This document shows, piece after piece, positions 37,645-47,941 of a stretch of 64,000 bases of DNA (its first letter is position 1; each line of letters begins with the position of its first letter). This DNA comes from a virus (lineage: Duplodnaviria > Caudoviricetes). The notes beneath the pieces are model-generated. The model searched no databases, was not told where the DNA came from, and saw only the letters and a program-made list of their open reading frames with translations. Both the position numbers and the translations under genes were made by a program. The stretch is from the IMG/VR virus record IMGVR_UViG_3300022217_000003, positions 32,001 to 96,000 of that record. One strand, given 5' to 3'.

Positions 37645-38475
37645 TTATTTCCCTTTCTTTTTTTGCAGTTCTAATTCCTGATAATATTTCTTTCTTGCTA
37701 TATGCACATCTTTTTCTGGCAAGTCCTCTATATATATTATATTACCAGTATCTCTTTCAACCTTTGCCTTCATTTTAAGGTAGCCCCAATAATAAGTCAT
37801 TGCACCTTTAGGCACTCCTCCTTTTCTTGTCCATTTAACTAGTTTAGTTGGTCCGCATCCAAAAGCAATTAGGGCCTTTTTCATTCCAAATCTTTTTTTC
37901 ATGTCATAATAAAATTGGATTCCCATAGTTGTATTTTTAAAGGGATCCTTTAGTGTTTTAAAACCTTCCCATTTAATACCCATGGCAGGGGCAATATATT
38001 TTCCTGTCATATACATGATCTGCATTAATCCAGTAGCCTCTGTATCTTTATTCTGGGCATTGGGGTTTCCCCTGCTCTCATAGGCAATCAATACCCCCAC
38101 TTCTTCTATCTGGAGGTGTTTTTCCATTACTGCCTTTTGATATATATGTTCAGCCAATCTGCTTAGTTTGTTAGCGTCCCAATAGGGATGATAGGTCAAT
38201 AGAACATTTGCTATCCATTTAGTTTCCAATGATTTACGAGTTTTTTTAAATTCCGCTGATTGATTAAGGCTGTATAGCTGTTGATGTAATAACTTTTGTT
38301 GTTTTTGATAAAACTTTGATTGACTCATATTTATTATAAGAACAGCAATTAATGCCACGACTGCCACACCGAATGCCACTATTATTATTTTAAATATGTG
38401 GTTACTGTGGACAAGTCTTGCTATGAATGGGTCTTTAATTAACTCTCCATCCAATTCTTCTACATCTTTACTCAT
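37645..38475 (-). CDS. Membrane-anchored lytic transglycosylase (SLT family)
   Basis: TM helix, then IAYESRGNPNA...ATGLMQIM..T, L.DP..N..MG motifs. Confidence 0.9.
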   Translation of the reverse strand: MSKDVEELDGELIKDPFIARLVHSNHIFKIIIVAFGVAVVALIAVLIINMSQSKFYQKQQKLLHQQLYSLNQSAEFKKTRKSLETKWIANVLLTYHPYWDANKLSRLAEHIYQKAVMEKHLQIEEVGVLIAYESRGNPNAQNKDTEATGLMQIMYMTGKYIAPAMGIKWEGFKTLKDPFKNTTMGIQFYYDMKKRFGMKKALIAFGCGPTKLVKWTRKGGVPKGAMTYYWGYLKMKAKVERDTGNIIYIEDLPEKDVHIARKKYYQELELQKKKGK

Positions 38476-39193
38476 GAATTAACTCCTTTGCGATATTTAT
38501 AATTTGATTTGAGAACCTACAGTGTGGGTTTGATATAATTGCGGGAGTTCTCATATTTATATATTTATTAATATCGTTACACTTATCTATGTTGCCTAAA
38601 TACTTTACCTCTTTATCAAGAAATTTCTTAAAGTTATTATACAGTCTGTCGAATTGTTTGTGTGCTAAACAGGTGTCTGCCATATTCACTATAATATTTA
38701 TTCCAACTTGTTTATTGTTTAAAACGACTAATTTTCCAACATGATATGCCGCCAAAACACCTTCCCTGTTATCACCTTGGGCAATAACTATAACTCTATT
38801 GGATATAAATAAAAAGGACGTTACTGCTCGTGATACACCCGCAGACATATCACAAATAATATAATCATAATCATCATATATCTGCATAATAGCATTTGTA
38901 ATTTTATCAAGTTTGCCTATTTCTAAATTTGCCATTGTGGTACTGCATGGTAGGTTGTCAATAAAATCTATTCCATGAATGGGTTCTATTATATTTTTTA
39001 TATCCTCTCCCTGTAAGATATGGGATAGATTCTTAGCATTATATTTATTAAGATATCCATGTAGCCTGGCTGATCCCATATCGGCATCTATTAATAATAC
39101 TTTCTTTCCCAATTGAGACAATGCTAAAGATATATTAAGTGAGCACAGGCTCTTGCCAATACCACCATTTTTGCCAGTTGTAGATATTATCAT
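38468..39193 (-). CDS. MinD/FlhG(FleN)-like P-loop ATPase
   Basis: GKNGGIGKS, N.SLALSQLGKKVLLIDADMG, YDYIICDMSAG, IIVNMA, F....V.YLG.I. Confidence 0.85.
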   Translation of the reverse strand: MIISTTGKNGGIGKSLCSLNISLALSQLGKKVLLIDADMGSARLHGYLNKYNAKNLSHILQGEDIKNIIEPIHGIDFIDNLPCSTTMANLEIGKLDKITNAIMQIYDDYDYIICDMSAGVSRAVTSFLFISNRVIVIAQGDNREGVLAAYHVGKLVVLNNKQVGINIIVNMADTCLAHKQFDRLYNNFKKFLDKEVKYLGNIDKCNDINKYINMRTPAIISNPHCRFSNQIINIAKELIHE

Positions 39194-39225
39194 TGTTTGC
39201 CCCTTTTATTAACCATAATGTATCA

Positions 39226-39254
39226 AATATACTAAATATTTAGAAGAAAGTCAA
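39226..39254 (-). promoter_or_regulatory. sigma70-type promoter
   Basis: TTGACT-17 nt-TATATT. Confidence 0.8.
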
Positions 39255-39257
39255 GTA

Positions 39258-39296
39258 CAAAAAGCCCTATTATAAAATCAATCATAATAGGGCTTT
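39258..39296 (-). terminator. Intrinsic terminator after the GH5 gene
   Basis: AAAGCCCTATTAT/ATAATAGGGCTTT hairpin ending in a T run on the minus strand. Confidence 0.65.
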
Positions 39297-39325
39297 ATGA
39301 AAATAATTTAATGAATTATTTATTA

Positions 39326-40606
39326 TTAATAAGTTCCTGTATCAATTACCTTTAAGGATAAAATACAGTCATCAAATCCGATACTCGACAGAGAAGCTTT
39401 TGTTTTCGTAAATATTTCCGAGCCTCCTGAAAAGTCACCGTTTTTGTAAACCTTTACCTTGAAACCCCAAGGGACCATAAGAGATGAAATCTTGTCTGCG
39501 AGTCCTAAGTCTTCCAGATCAGACATTCTATATTTTCCTACACCCAATCTGACACCTTTTCCTCCATAGCCACTTTCAGTATAAAAAGAAGCTTGGTTGG
39601 GATTTACAATAATATCTCTTACCGGCATACCACCTAACGTTCCACCAGAATTGTTTTCATACCATTCCTTTTTTTCGCGGTCATATAATTTGCTAATAGT
39701 ATTCACGCAAAAAGGAACATTCAATCTGTTCAATTCTCTGGTAAAGAAAGTTGCAAATTTTACTTGGTTAGGGATATTTAGTCTGGGATCGTCAGCATTA
39801 TAGTTGCCCGGCATCCATGCTCCAACCCATGTTTTGCACCCAGGGTTGTCATTAATCCATTGTTCAGCATCACCTAAGATATTCAGAACCCGATTTCTAT
39901 CTTCCAATGTTCCGGTAGTCCAATACTTCTTACTGGTTGGGCGATTATTCGGACCCGCAGCATAGATGTGCCATTCAATAATAATGTAATCATCGTACCA
40001 CATATTTAAATCAAGATCGCATAGTGAACCCGGCTGTGAACCAGAAGGTGCTGCTGGAATAAGAATGCGGTAAGGATTTGTTATTCGGATTTCATCAATC
40101 GTTTGTTTGTAAATAGTATTTATCAAGTCAACATCTTTAAGCCGTCCACTGGGTTCAATCAACAGGTTAAACACGAGTTTATATGAGTCGTTCTTGTAAC
40201 GACTAGCAACTTTTGACCACCAGTTTCGAACAATTCTTTTTGCTTCACCGTCTGTACTAGCCAGTTCAGCGTCTTTCGCCCCGAAGGCAAGTACAACAAC
40301 AAGTTTTTCAGCTATCGCTGTATCAATATGAGTATCCAAAGTGCTGAATAAAGTGTTGTCTGCGGGTAACTGAGTGCGTATTCGAACTGTATTGTACCCA
40401 GCGGCTTTCAAGTCCCGTGGTATCAAATAGCTAAAGGTCCTTGTCGCTATACCTGTTCCAGACCAATCACAATCAAACCCCACACTAAGTTTTTTTACCA
40501 TATTATGGGGGGTTACAGGATTACCAATAGGTAGACTATGCACTTGAAAAACAAAAAAACATGTTATCAGTGCGACAGTCCATAAAAAACATTTTAAACG
40601 TTTCAT
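39326..40606 (-). CDS. Secreted glycoside hydrolase (GH5-like) with C-terminal beta/gamma-crystallin-like domain
   Basis: Signal peptide; LKAAGYNTVRI, W..VA.RYK, FNLLIEP, EWHIY; C-terminal YTESGYGG...DKISSLMVP.G.KV.VY...DFSG. Confidence 0.8.
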   Translation of the reverse strand: MKRLKCFLWTVALITCFFVFQVHSLPIGNPVTPHNMVKKLSVGFDCDWSGTGIATRTFSYLIPRDLKAAGYNTVRIRTQLPADNTLFSTLDTHIDTAIAEKLVVVLAFGAKDAELASTDGEAKRIVRNWWSKVASRYKNDSYKLVFNLLIEPSGRLKDVDLINTIYKQTIDEIRITNPYRILIPAAPSGSQPGSLCDLDLNMWYDDYIIIEWHIYAAGPNNRPTSKKYWTTGTLEDRNRVLNILGDAEQWINDNPGCKTWVGAWMPGNYNADDPRLNIPNQVKFATFFTRELNRLNVPFCVNTISKLYDREKKEWYENNSGGTLGGMPVRDIIVNPNQASFYTESGYGGKGVRLGVGKYRMSDLEDLGLADKISSLMVPWGFKVKVYKNGDFSGGSEIFTKTKASLSSIGFDDCILSLKVIDTGTY

Positions 40607-40693
40607 TTCAATTCCTCCTATACTTATTTTAAGGCTAAGTTTTTTATTTTACTAAATGCGTTTGATCTCATATATCCTCCTTACCATATTCAC

Positions 40694-41140
40694 TCACTCT
40701 TTGAATTCAATAAAACAATCAAATGATTTATTGGTATTATTAAAATGGGTACTCATTATTGAATTTGTATCCAATGAATTCTTATCATCTAAATACAAAA
40801 AATGTCCAAATTCATGAGCTAATATAATTTTATTATATATTCTTATATATATGTGTGCGGGTCTTATTGCTTTTACCCATCTAATACCAAGATAATCCCA
40901 TGAATACCATTTTGTTAATGCAAGTTCATTATTGGGTAACTTGTTTGTTTTTTTGATAATAATGTCTGGATTTTTATCTAATTCAACGTATTCAATATCC
41001 TTATTCCATATCTCTATGCCTTCTTTAGATATTTCTTTATCAATATTAATTCTTATTGGCTCTTGATTAACTCCTTTTTCACAAGATACTAATACTATTA
41101 TTATAAATACAAACAACAAAATAGTATTTTTCATAATCAA
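40694..41140 (-). CDS. Lipoprotein zinc metallopeptidase (matrixin-like)
   Basis: LVSC lipobox; HEFGHFLYLDD and SIM Met-turn. Confidence 0.75.
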   Translation of the reverse strand: MIMKNTILLFVFIIIVLVSCEKGVNQEPIRINIDKEISKEGIEIWNKDIEYVELDKNPDIIIKKTNKLPNNELALTKWYSWDYLGIRWVKAIRPAHIYIRIYNKIILAHEFGHFLYLDDKNSLDTNSIMSTHFNNTNKSFDCFIEFKE

Positions 41141-41152
41141 CCTCCTTTTTAA

Positions 41153-41605
41153 TTAAAATGCGAAATGCAATTCTACCTTAGCCTTAGCATTAATAACCTC
41201 TTCATCTTTCCAAGTGGATATGGCATACATCTCAGCTATACTTATAATAACCAAGTATAATTTTCTAAATACCATTGCATGCCTTTTTGGAATAGTGCTA
41301 TCCCAATACCACCATGATGCAATAAAATACAAACCTGCATTTAATATTGCGCTACATACATATAGTCCATTATAATATCCCCTAGAGGTAAACCACCGAG
41401 CAATATCATTATTCTCTTCATACCTGCCATCTCGTAAACCTATCTTTGTACAATCATATATATCTACCCTTACAAGGTTTAACACTTGTAAAAACCAATA
41501 GCTATCAAGGGCATATTGCCATATTTGAGCCTGAGAAAAGGTATATGCATTAGCAATTGTAGTCATTATAAACAGTAAGATTAAAATTAAAACCATTCTT
41601 TTCAT
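41153..41605 (-). CDS. Membrane protein
   Basis: Signal peptide and hydrophobic helices. Confidence 0.6.
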   Translation of the reverse strand: MKRMVLILILLFIMTTIANAYTFSQAQIWQYALDSYWFLQVLNLVRVDIYDCTKIGLRDGRYEENNDIARWFTSRGYYNGLYVCSAILNAGLYFIASWWYWDSTIPKRHAMVFRKLYLVIISIAEMYAISTWKDEEVINAKAKVELHFAF

Positions 41606-41791
41606 AAAACCCTCCTATAATATTAATTATTGGTTGACCAATCTACAGTTGGCTCAGTAGGAAGAATAATACTCTTCCTTACAGAAGTAGTGCATCCCAT
41701 AGCTACCATTGTTATAACTATAACAATCATTATGATAACAGTTAGTTTGGCTTTCATTTTGGTTTCTCCTTTCTTTTTAGTGTATAATATA

Positions 41792-41820
41792 ATTATACTC
41801 CATTTATCGTCATTTGTCAA
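41792..41820 (-). promoter_or_regulatory. Consensus sigma70 promoter
   Basis: TTGACA-17 nt-TATAAT. Confidence 0.8.
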
Positions 41821-41828
41821 GGAAAACT

Positions 41829-42620
41829 TTAATTAATTTCTAAACTAATCATGGGGACTTCCATAATTTTAGGATGATAAAATCCATGCCCGAAGCAGTC
41901 GTCTTCTCCCATGCAATCACCGTGATCTCCCATTATGAATATATGTGCAGGCTTGGGTATAAAATCAATAACTTTCATAATATGCTTATCAATATATTCT
42001 AAACAATTGGCCTGTCCCCTTATTGTTTTATCCTCCCCTCTATATGGCAAGTGAGTCGAAGATACATTCATAAAAAAGAACAATGGTTTATCATTAGGAA
42101 TATTTATAGATTCTATCTTTTTAATCTGATTTTCCAATCCATCAAAATACCTTTCTGAAAAACATTCTTCCCAATAAAATTCAGAAAAATAATTACTCCA
42201 AAATTCTGATGTCTCTGTATCTGCCCTAAACCATTGAACCCCTCCTATACCCAATGTATAATACCCATCTTTTTCAAAGCCGTTGGGCAAAGACTTCGCC
42301 TCTGGAACAGAGTACAGAGAATCATTGTAATATTTTAATTTATTTGAAGGGATATACAAATTAGGAGTTCTTAAAGTAAAAACCCTCCTTTTTTTAGAAA
42401 ATGGGAACTTTAAATTTGGATAACTTGGCAATATACCAGCTTTCAAAATAGCAATGTGGGAAGGAAGAGTATAAGTTGCATTTGAACCAACTTTTACCCA
42501 ATTATTATATTGATCTTGATAGTTATAAATTAATTCTTTAAAATTAGGAACTGATGCTTCAATAGAAGAATCATATCTTAAAGAATCCAAAGTTATTATT
42601 GCTATATTTTTATTCTTCAC
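41829..42620 (-). CDS. Alkaline phosphatase/sulfatase-superfamily hydrolase (STM4013-like)
   Basis: ITLDSLRYD, YTLPSH, IGGVQWF, N...THLP, GDHG...GED...GHG...V.VP. Confidence 0.8.
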   Translation of the reverse strand: MKNKNIAIITLDSLRYDSSIEASVPNFKELIYNYQDQYNNWVKVGSNATYTLPSHIAILKAGILPSYPNLKFPFSKKRRVFTLRTPNLYIPSNKLKYYNDSLYSVPEAKSLPNGFEKDGYYTLGIGGVQWFRADTETSEFWSNYFSEFYWEECFSERYFDGLENQIKKIESINIPNDKPLFFFMNVSSTHLPYRGEDKTIRGQANCLEYIDKHIMKVIDFIPKPAHIFIMGDHGDCMGEDDCFGHGFYHPKIMEVPMISLEIN

Positions 42621-42822
42621 CTAATATTTCTTTTCTTTTGGCTTTTATCTCCTTAGACAACCCCACTCGCACTTTTGAATCTTCTTCAATATTTCCTGTA
42701 GATCTAAGCCTTAAACTTTTTTTTTGCTTTACTAACGGGACAACCTCTTTATATAATCTATGCCTTTTTTTAATAAATTTTATTTCATCTTGTGTTAATT
42801 CTAACATATTTTTTACCTTTCA

Positions 42823-44997
42823 TTATATTAATGTTTTTTTTATTACTATTCTATAATAATAGAAGCCACTATCTAGGAAGGATTCAGTTCCAGCATCAGA
42901 TAAATAATGTATTCCGCCCTCCGCCGTTTGTATTTTTAATGAATTATTATTAACTTGATAAATTTGTATTCCATAGTTGTATTCTCCGCCCCCCCCATAA
43001 TATGTGGACCACGAATAATAAGAACTACTATCAATTTCTATAGAATTATTATCCGTTGCGTCGCTTGATATATAGGTATAAACATTTAAATCTGACATAT
43101 TAGTCCTAAAATTATGCAAAATATCTACATCTTGATTTATAGTATTCCCATTAACATCAGCAGTAGCTCCAGAAGTTCCACCAGTTATCTGCCTTCCGTT
43201 AGTAAAAATACCTAAACCCGTAACGCTTTCTAAATATAAATTAGCTCCATCGTCTTCTGTAACGATACCAGTGATACCGCTAATAGCTTCTGTTATAATT
43301 TCCCCACTTTGGAATGTTCCTACTAAATTATTATATATAACCTTAACAGAGCCTAAATGCACATTTGTCCAATCACTTCTTCTAATCCAACCTGTATCAT
43401 ACTTATCATGTCGTATATCGTTCGTCTTCCACTCAGAAGAATTCCCATATAAAGCTATTTTGCTATTAATTCTAGGAAGTATAACATTTGTCTGTCCATT
43501 AATAGTTCCAGTCGCCGTAACCACTCCTGTGCCACGGTCAATTTTAATAATAGAAATTTCTCTTTTTAGATTATTGGCTAATGAGGGAAGCGTTATTATT
43601 CTATCCGTATCGCCCGTTGTGACTTCAACGATACTATAATAATCATTATCTAAAATGGTATAATTATCATTGGCTACCGTAAGAATATTATTTATATCAT
43701 GTCTAATATCTATATCAACTAACAATACAGTAGTAGAATATGCGCCCCCTATTCTGATATGTGTTTGGGTAGTTGTAAGATTTCCAGATGAATCCATATA
43801 ATATACGGAATTCGCAGTTAAGCCAGAAAGTCCTGTTTTTTGTCCAAATAAAGTAACTTCCCCGCTACTAGTCAATATACCTCGTGGTAAATTTGTATAA
43901 CTCGCCTTTTCCCATCTTGAATTAGTGTTATTATAATAGACACAATCTTTTATAGATAAGCCTGATTGAACTGTCTCGCCTGTTAATAATACATTTTTAT
44001 TTATATATGCGTCCCAAAGAGAACTTCTTCCGGGAATAAATACTCTTAAATCCGCTATGATCAATGGGAAAGCCCCAGTATGAGCAGTAGATGATACAGA
44101 TTCTTCATCACTTGCTATAGATGCCAACGATGTCCTTACGACTACTTCAAAGTCATCTTGTATCCTACTGTATTCAGGCGTACCTAGCCTTGGATTTGTT
44201 TCTTGATCGGTTAGCGTCTCTTTATATTTTAAAGTAATATAATTAGTTACGCCAGATGTATCCGCCAGATTAACTTTTCTCTGGACTGTATTTACTTCTA
44301 TTGGATCTCCATTTTTATAAGCAATACCCGTAGCTATTTGAACCGCATCGGTAAATACCTTAATATAGAGATCCCTTGTAAGATAATTAGTATAAGTATC
44401 ACTTGGGAAATCATAATATCTTACATATCCATTATCATATTGATTAGAAGTAGAATATCTTATATCTATACTACCAACCACACTGTCCCTTGCGAATGCT
44501 ACCGCATAATAATTGCCTACCGTTAAACGCCCTGCATCAGCAACTGCCGCCTGTGCGGAAAAATCAAAAGTGACTTCTCCAAACATTGCTCCTATAGAAC
44601 CTGAACTAACTACTGCCTGGGCAATAGCGGTTGAACTTAATGCTGAAGTTGGGTCAGTGGGGGTGGCTAATGTATAAATGGAGGCAGTAACATTTCCAGT
44701 GGCATCAACATTACGCATTCGGGCAATAACACTTTGTAAATTATCCGCCGTTGCCAAAAATATTTGTATTACCTGATTGCCAAGTGTATCTATCTGACTG
44801 GTCTCTGTAGCATTACTACTGTCCTGAAATACCATTTGGCTATCATCTGTTACCAATAGCCCTGACGTTACACCGTCCCCCAGTAGTCTATCAAATATAT
44901 TTTTTGTCCTTGTGATATGGTATTCTTGTTCGGTAGTTTGATCAGTAAGGTCTACCTGCTGTCTATCATACCATTTTACTCTTTTGTCACCTGCCAT
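42823..44997 (-). CDS. Tail fibre / baseplate-attached receptor-binding protein
   Basis: Follows the baseplate genes; N-terminal W.D.Q.V...D...EQ.Y baseplate-binding pattern; beta-rich modules. Confidence 0.7.
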   Translation of the reverse strand: MAGDKRVKWYDRQQVDLTDQTTEQEYHITRTKNIFDRLLGDGVTSGLLVTDDSQMVFQDSSNATETSQIDTLGNQVIQIFLATADNLQSVIARMRNVDATGNVTASIYTLATPTDPTSALSSTAIAQAVVSSGSIGAMFGEVTFDFSAQAAVADAGRLTVGNYYAVAFARDSVVGSIDIRYSTSNQYDNGYVRYYDFPSDTYTNYLTRDLYIKVFTDAVQIATGIAYKNGDPIEVNTVQRKVNLADTSGVTNYITLKYKETLTDQETNPRLGTPEYSRIQDDFEVVVRTSLASIASDEESVSSTAHTGAFPLIIADLRVFIPGRSSLWDAYINKNVLLTGETVQSGLSIKDCVYYNNTNSRWEKASYTNLPRGILTSSGEVTLFGQKTGLSGLTANSVYYMDSSGNLTTTQTHIRIGGAYSTTVLLVDIDIRHDINNILTVANDNYTILDNDYYSIVEVTTGDTDRIITLPSLANNLKREISIIKIDRGTGVVTATGTINGQTNVILPRINSKIALYGNSSEWKTNDIRHDKYDTGWIRRSDWTNVHLGSVKVIYNNLVGTFQSGEIITEAISGITGIVTEDDGANLYLESVTGLGIFTNGRQITGGTSGATADVNGNTINQDVDILHNFRTNMSDLNVYTYISSDATDNNSIEIDSSSYYSWSTYYGGGGEYNYGIQIYQVNNNSLKIQTAEGGIHYLSDAGTESFLDSGFYYYRIVIKKTLI

Positions 44998-45015
44998 AAT
45001 ATTTTTATTCTCCTT

Positions 45016-46017
45016 TTATGTGGTTTCTAAAAATGTAACGAAAGCTCTTGTATGAGCCGGTTTCATTAAATTTATTAAATCTTCCAATAATGTCCTCACT
45101 ACAGTAGATAGCGTGGACGCAAAATGGAAGCGGACTTCAAATTCATAAAATCCTGTTTGCTCACTTAATAATAATGTACCATCTGTTGTATCTATTAGAG
45201 GGTTATTCCAATCATCTTCTGTATATAATATACTTTCACCCAAAATCCACCCTGTTCTAAAACCTTCTATTATTTCTATAAAATCTCTTGGGTGAAAAAC
45301 AGATAAGGCATCTTTAATACTGTCTATTGTTGGACCTGCCAAAAAAGCTAATACCAATGCCTTAATTGCCTTTCTGTATTCAACATAAGACTGCTCATCT
45401 ATTTTTTGTAATTGTGTTAATATTCCAAAATTATCATATAGCTTACTGTCCCTACATCCATATCTGTATGTTACATAATAAGTTACGCCCTCTTGAGGTT
45501 CTTTTCTACCATAAGGATAGTAGGGGTTGTTCTGATAACATGTTTCCTCTGTTCCTGGAACATCTATTATAGTAGAAGTATCTCTTTGTCCATATGGATA
45601 TAACGGTGCGTAAGAGGGATAATAAACAGGATATGTTGGATAATAACAATATTCCGTTGGGTCTACTGTCCAGCATACACCCCTCGTCCACCTGGTAAAA
45701 TCTACAGTTTCTGTATAGTCCGATGCGCCAGGGGTATCCCCAATACTTATGATTTCAACTACTTCCCAATTCTGAAAACAATCACACCCGTTTAGTGACC
45801 CTTTAACAACTGGCTCATCAACTACATCTACCCATAAATAGTTGTCATTTTTAATATATGTTTGGTCAACGTAAGCTTCACATAATTCATTATTTATCAT
45901 TTTTAATATTTGGTATAAATTAGTATTTGTATCTATTTTATTATAGATAGCTTCATCTAGCTTGGCCAACATTTTTGGAGTATATATGTTACATTCACAA
46001 TCATACGGGAAACTCAT
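45016..46017 (-). CDS. Baseplate wedge protein (P2 gpI-like)
   Basis: Directly after baseplate J; LYDNFG.L...YR..I..L...GPT...I and C-terminal MKPAHT. Confidence 0.75.
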   Translation of the reverse strand: MSFPYDCECNIYTPKMLAKLDEAIYNKIDTNTNLYQILKMINNELCEAYVDQTYIKNDNYLWVDVVDEPVVKGSLNGCDCFQNWEVVEIISIGDTPGASDYTETVDFTRWTRGVCWTVDPTEYCYYPTYPVYYPSYAPLYPYGQRDTSTIIDVPGTEETCYQNNPYYPYGRKEPQEGVTYYVTYRYGCRDSKLYDNFGILTQLQKIDEQSYVEYRKAIKALVLAFLAGPTIDSIKDALSVFHPRDFIEIIEGFRTGWILGESILYTEDDWNNPLIDTTDGTLLLSEQTGFYEFEVRFHFASTLSTVVRTLLEDLINLMKPAHTRAFVTFLETT

Positions 46018-46030
46018 TGTCTGTCCTTTC

Positions 46031-47512
46031 CTATGATGTTAATACGGGGTTAACAGTAATAGTCCCCGCAGATGAATACTCATTTGAACCAAATGTAATT
46101 TTATCATTAGTCCCTGTTTCATAACCGGATTTAGTTGGGGCGTTCAGTGCAGTAAATGGTATTGCCGTCCGGTCTACACCAGAAACATTTGTATATAAAG
46201 TATTTACTATGTCTGACTGTTCAACTACATTCGCCAGGGTCTGGGAATTTAAATATTCATTAATATAAGTTTCGCAATTACCCTTAAACGTATCCGAATC
46301 TGTAATTGTGCTGTCTGCATATACAGTAAGTGTAACATTTACGGGGATATCAATACCAAGTTTAACCAATACGTCTGCGGTAACATTTCTATTAGCGTCT
46401 ATAAGTGCGTCTAGTTCTGTCAATAGGGTATAATAAGAATAATTTATGGTAATCTGTTCACCTAATATTGGGGCATTTGTTTTCCAATGTAATTTATCTA
46501 GGGCAGAACTACTCCCGGCATAAGCCGAAGAAGTATCTGGGACTAATTCATAGTGTACGTCTTGTGTGAATGTACCAGAAACCGTTCCGACCACGGAAGT
46601 GATCTGTTTAACTGGCTGACTATTTAGTATAACATCATTTAAAGGATCGGTTGCGCCATTTCCGCCTGATAAATCGTTATAAACATATGATTGCGGTGAA
46701 GCGTTTGCAAACGATGTGCTTGCCGTTAGGTTGGCATGTACATATATATCTACCTTACCGCCCAGGCCACTATCCCTTGTCATCAAATCATCGCCTGGAC
46801 CAACTAATTCTGCGTCATTGACCCTTTCATCTTCTAATAGAGTTGATATATATCCCGATTCTGTTCCTACATTATTTCCTGTTAATGCCAATAGAACTCT
46901 TGTTGCAAGGGCTTCATTTGCTTCCTGTGCAGTCCCTCCTGTTGTTGCAGCACTATTATTTACTGCGTCTATACCATTTATACTATCAGTTAATACTGTT
47001 ATCTTACCCGTGGTTACATTCCCAGAAGTCCCCGCAACATCAGCCTCTACCGTTACATCAATTTCCCAAAATCCAGTAGTAGAATTATAATATGTAGATG
47101 CCAACGAAGCAGACATAGTTTGACTCTCGGTAGTTATAAAATCCACACTGTCTTCATCGGCATCTCTTCTGGTAGATACCTTCAGTCCAGAAGATATAAC
47201 AACGTCTTCTGTAGGGGCGGTGTTTCTTCTAAACTGAACCGTTCCTGTCGCCTTATCCGCAGGATGCCTTGTTATACCAAAATTATATGCCCATCGGTCT
47301 AATTCATCTGTTGACATTTGTGCAAAATGAAATAAACTATGCAAAAAACTTATGTGTTCATTATCAGAATATATACCTTCTATTTCATTTGAGGGCGGAT
47401 CTATTACAACGTCCCTTAAAACACTACCGACTGATGTATCCTTTGAAGCATCCACAGATGCTATATAGGATATCATATCCGCAACTATTTCTTCAAATGT
47501 TTTCTTAGCCAT
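46031..47512 (-). CDS. Baseplate J-like wedge protein
   Basis: KTFEEI, GSV.R, LD..A..FGITR..A.KATG.V.F, A..AGTSGN, N....GG...E....L..R. Confidence 0.92.
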   Translation of the reverse strand: MAKKTFEEIVADMISYIASVDASKDTSVGSVLRDVVIDPPSNEIEGIYSDNEHISFLHSLFHFAQMSTDELDRWAYNFGITRHPADKATGTVQFRRNTAPTEDVVISSGLKVSTRRDADEDSVDFITTESQTMSASLASTYYNSTTGFWEIDVTVEADVAGTSGNVTTGKITVLTDSINGIDAVNNSAATTGGTAQEANEALATRVLLALTGNNVGTESGYISTLLEDERVNDAELVGPGDDLMTRDSGLGGKVDIYVHANLTASTSFANASPQSYVYNDLSGGNGATDPLNDVILNSQPVKQITSVVGTVSGTFTQDVHYELVPDTSSAYAGSSSALDKLHWKTNAPILGEQITINYSYYTLLTELDALIDANRNVTADVLVKLGIDIPVNVTLTVYADSTITDSDTFKGNCETYINEYLNSQTLANVVEQSDIVNTLYTNVSGVDRTAIPFTALNAPTKSGYETGTNDKITFGSNEYSSAGTITVNPVLTS

Positions 47513-47515
47513 TAT

Positions 47516-47941
47516 TTATCTCCTTGAAACCACGGGGACATTCAATTTTTCTCCCAGTCTGTTTAACATAGATATATTTATTATAAAATGAGTTATACTT
47601 ATTTCACTTACTTCTACATTTAATACCCTGTATAACACTTCCGCATCAGTCATTTCCTGTTTTAATTCCTGATTAGCCTGTATCCTCTGGTAATATTTTA
47701 ATGTATTATCTATTTCTTCCGAAGATAAAGAATTCAACGCCTCTTCATCTTGAAATCTTCCTATCAAAGAATAAAGGCTAGATCCATAAACAGTATGAAA
47801 TACATTTCCGCCCTTTAATGATAGTAATATTTTCAACCCCTGTTGTGACAATTTCTCGTCATTATCAATTACCTTAATACTGCCATTATCAAAGTATATA
47901 TCACCCTGATATAATTTTAATTCATTACTCACTACTTCCAC
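47516..47941 (-). CDS. gp25/GPW-like baseplate wedge protein
   Basis: KL.Q...KILL..KG.N.FH..YGS.L..LIG; upstream of J. Confidence 0.8.
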   Translation of the reverse strand: MEVVSNELKLYQGDIYFDNGSIKVIDNDEKLSQQGLKILLSLKGGNVFHTVYGSSLYSLIGRFQDEEALNSLSSEEIDNTLKYYQRIQANQELKQEMTDAEVLYRVLNVEVSEISITHFIINISMLNRLGEKLNVPVVSRR

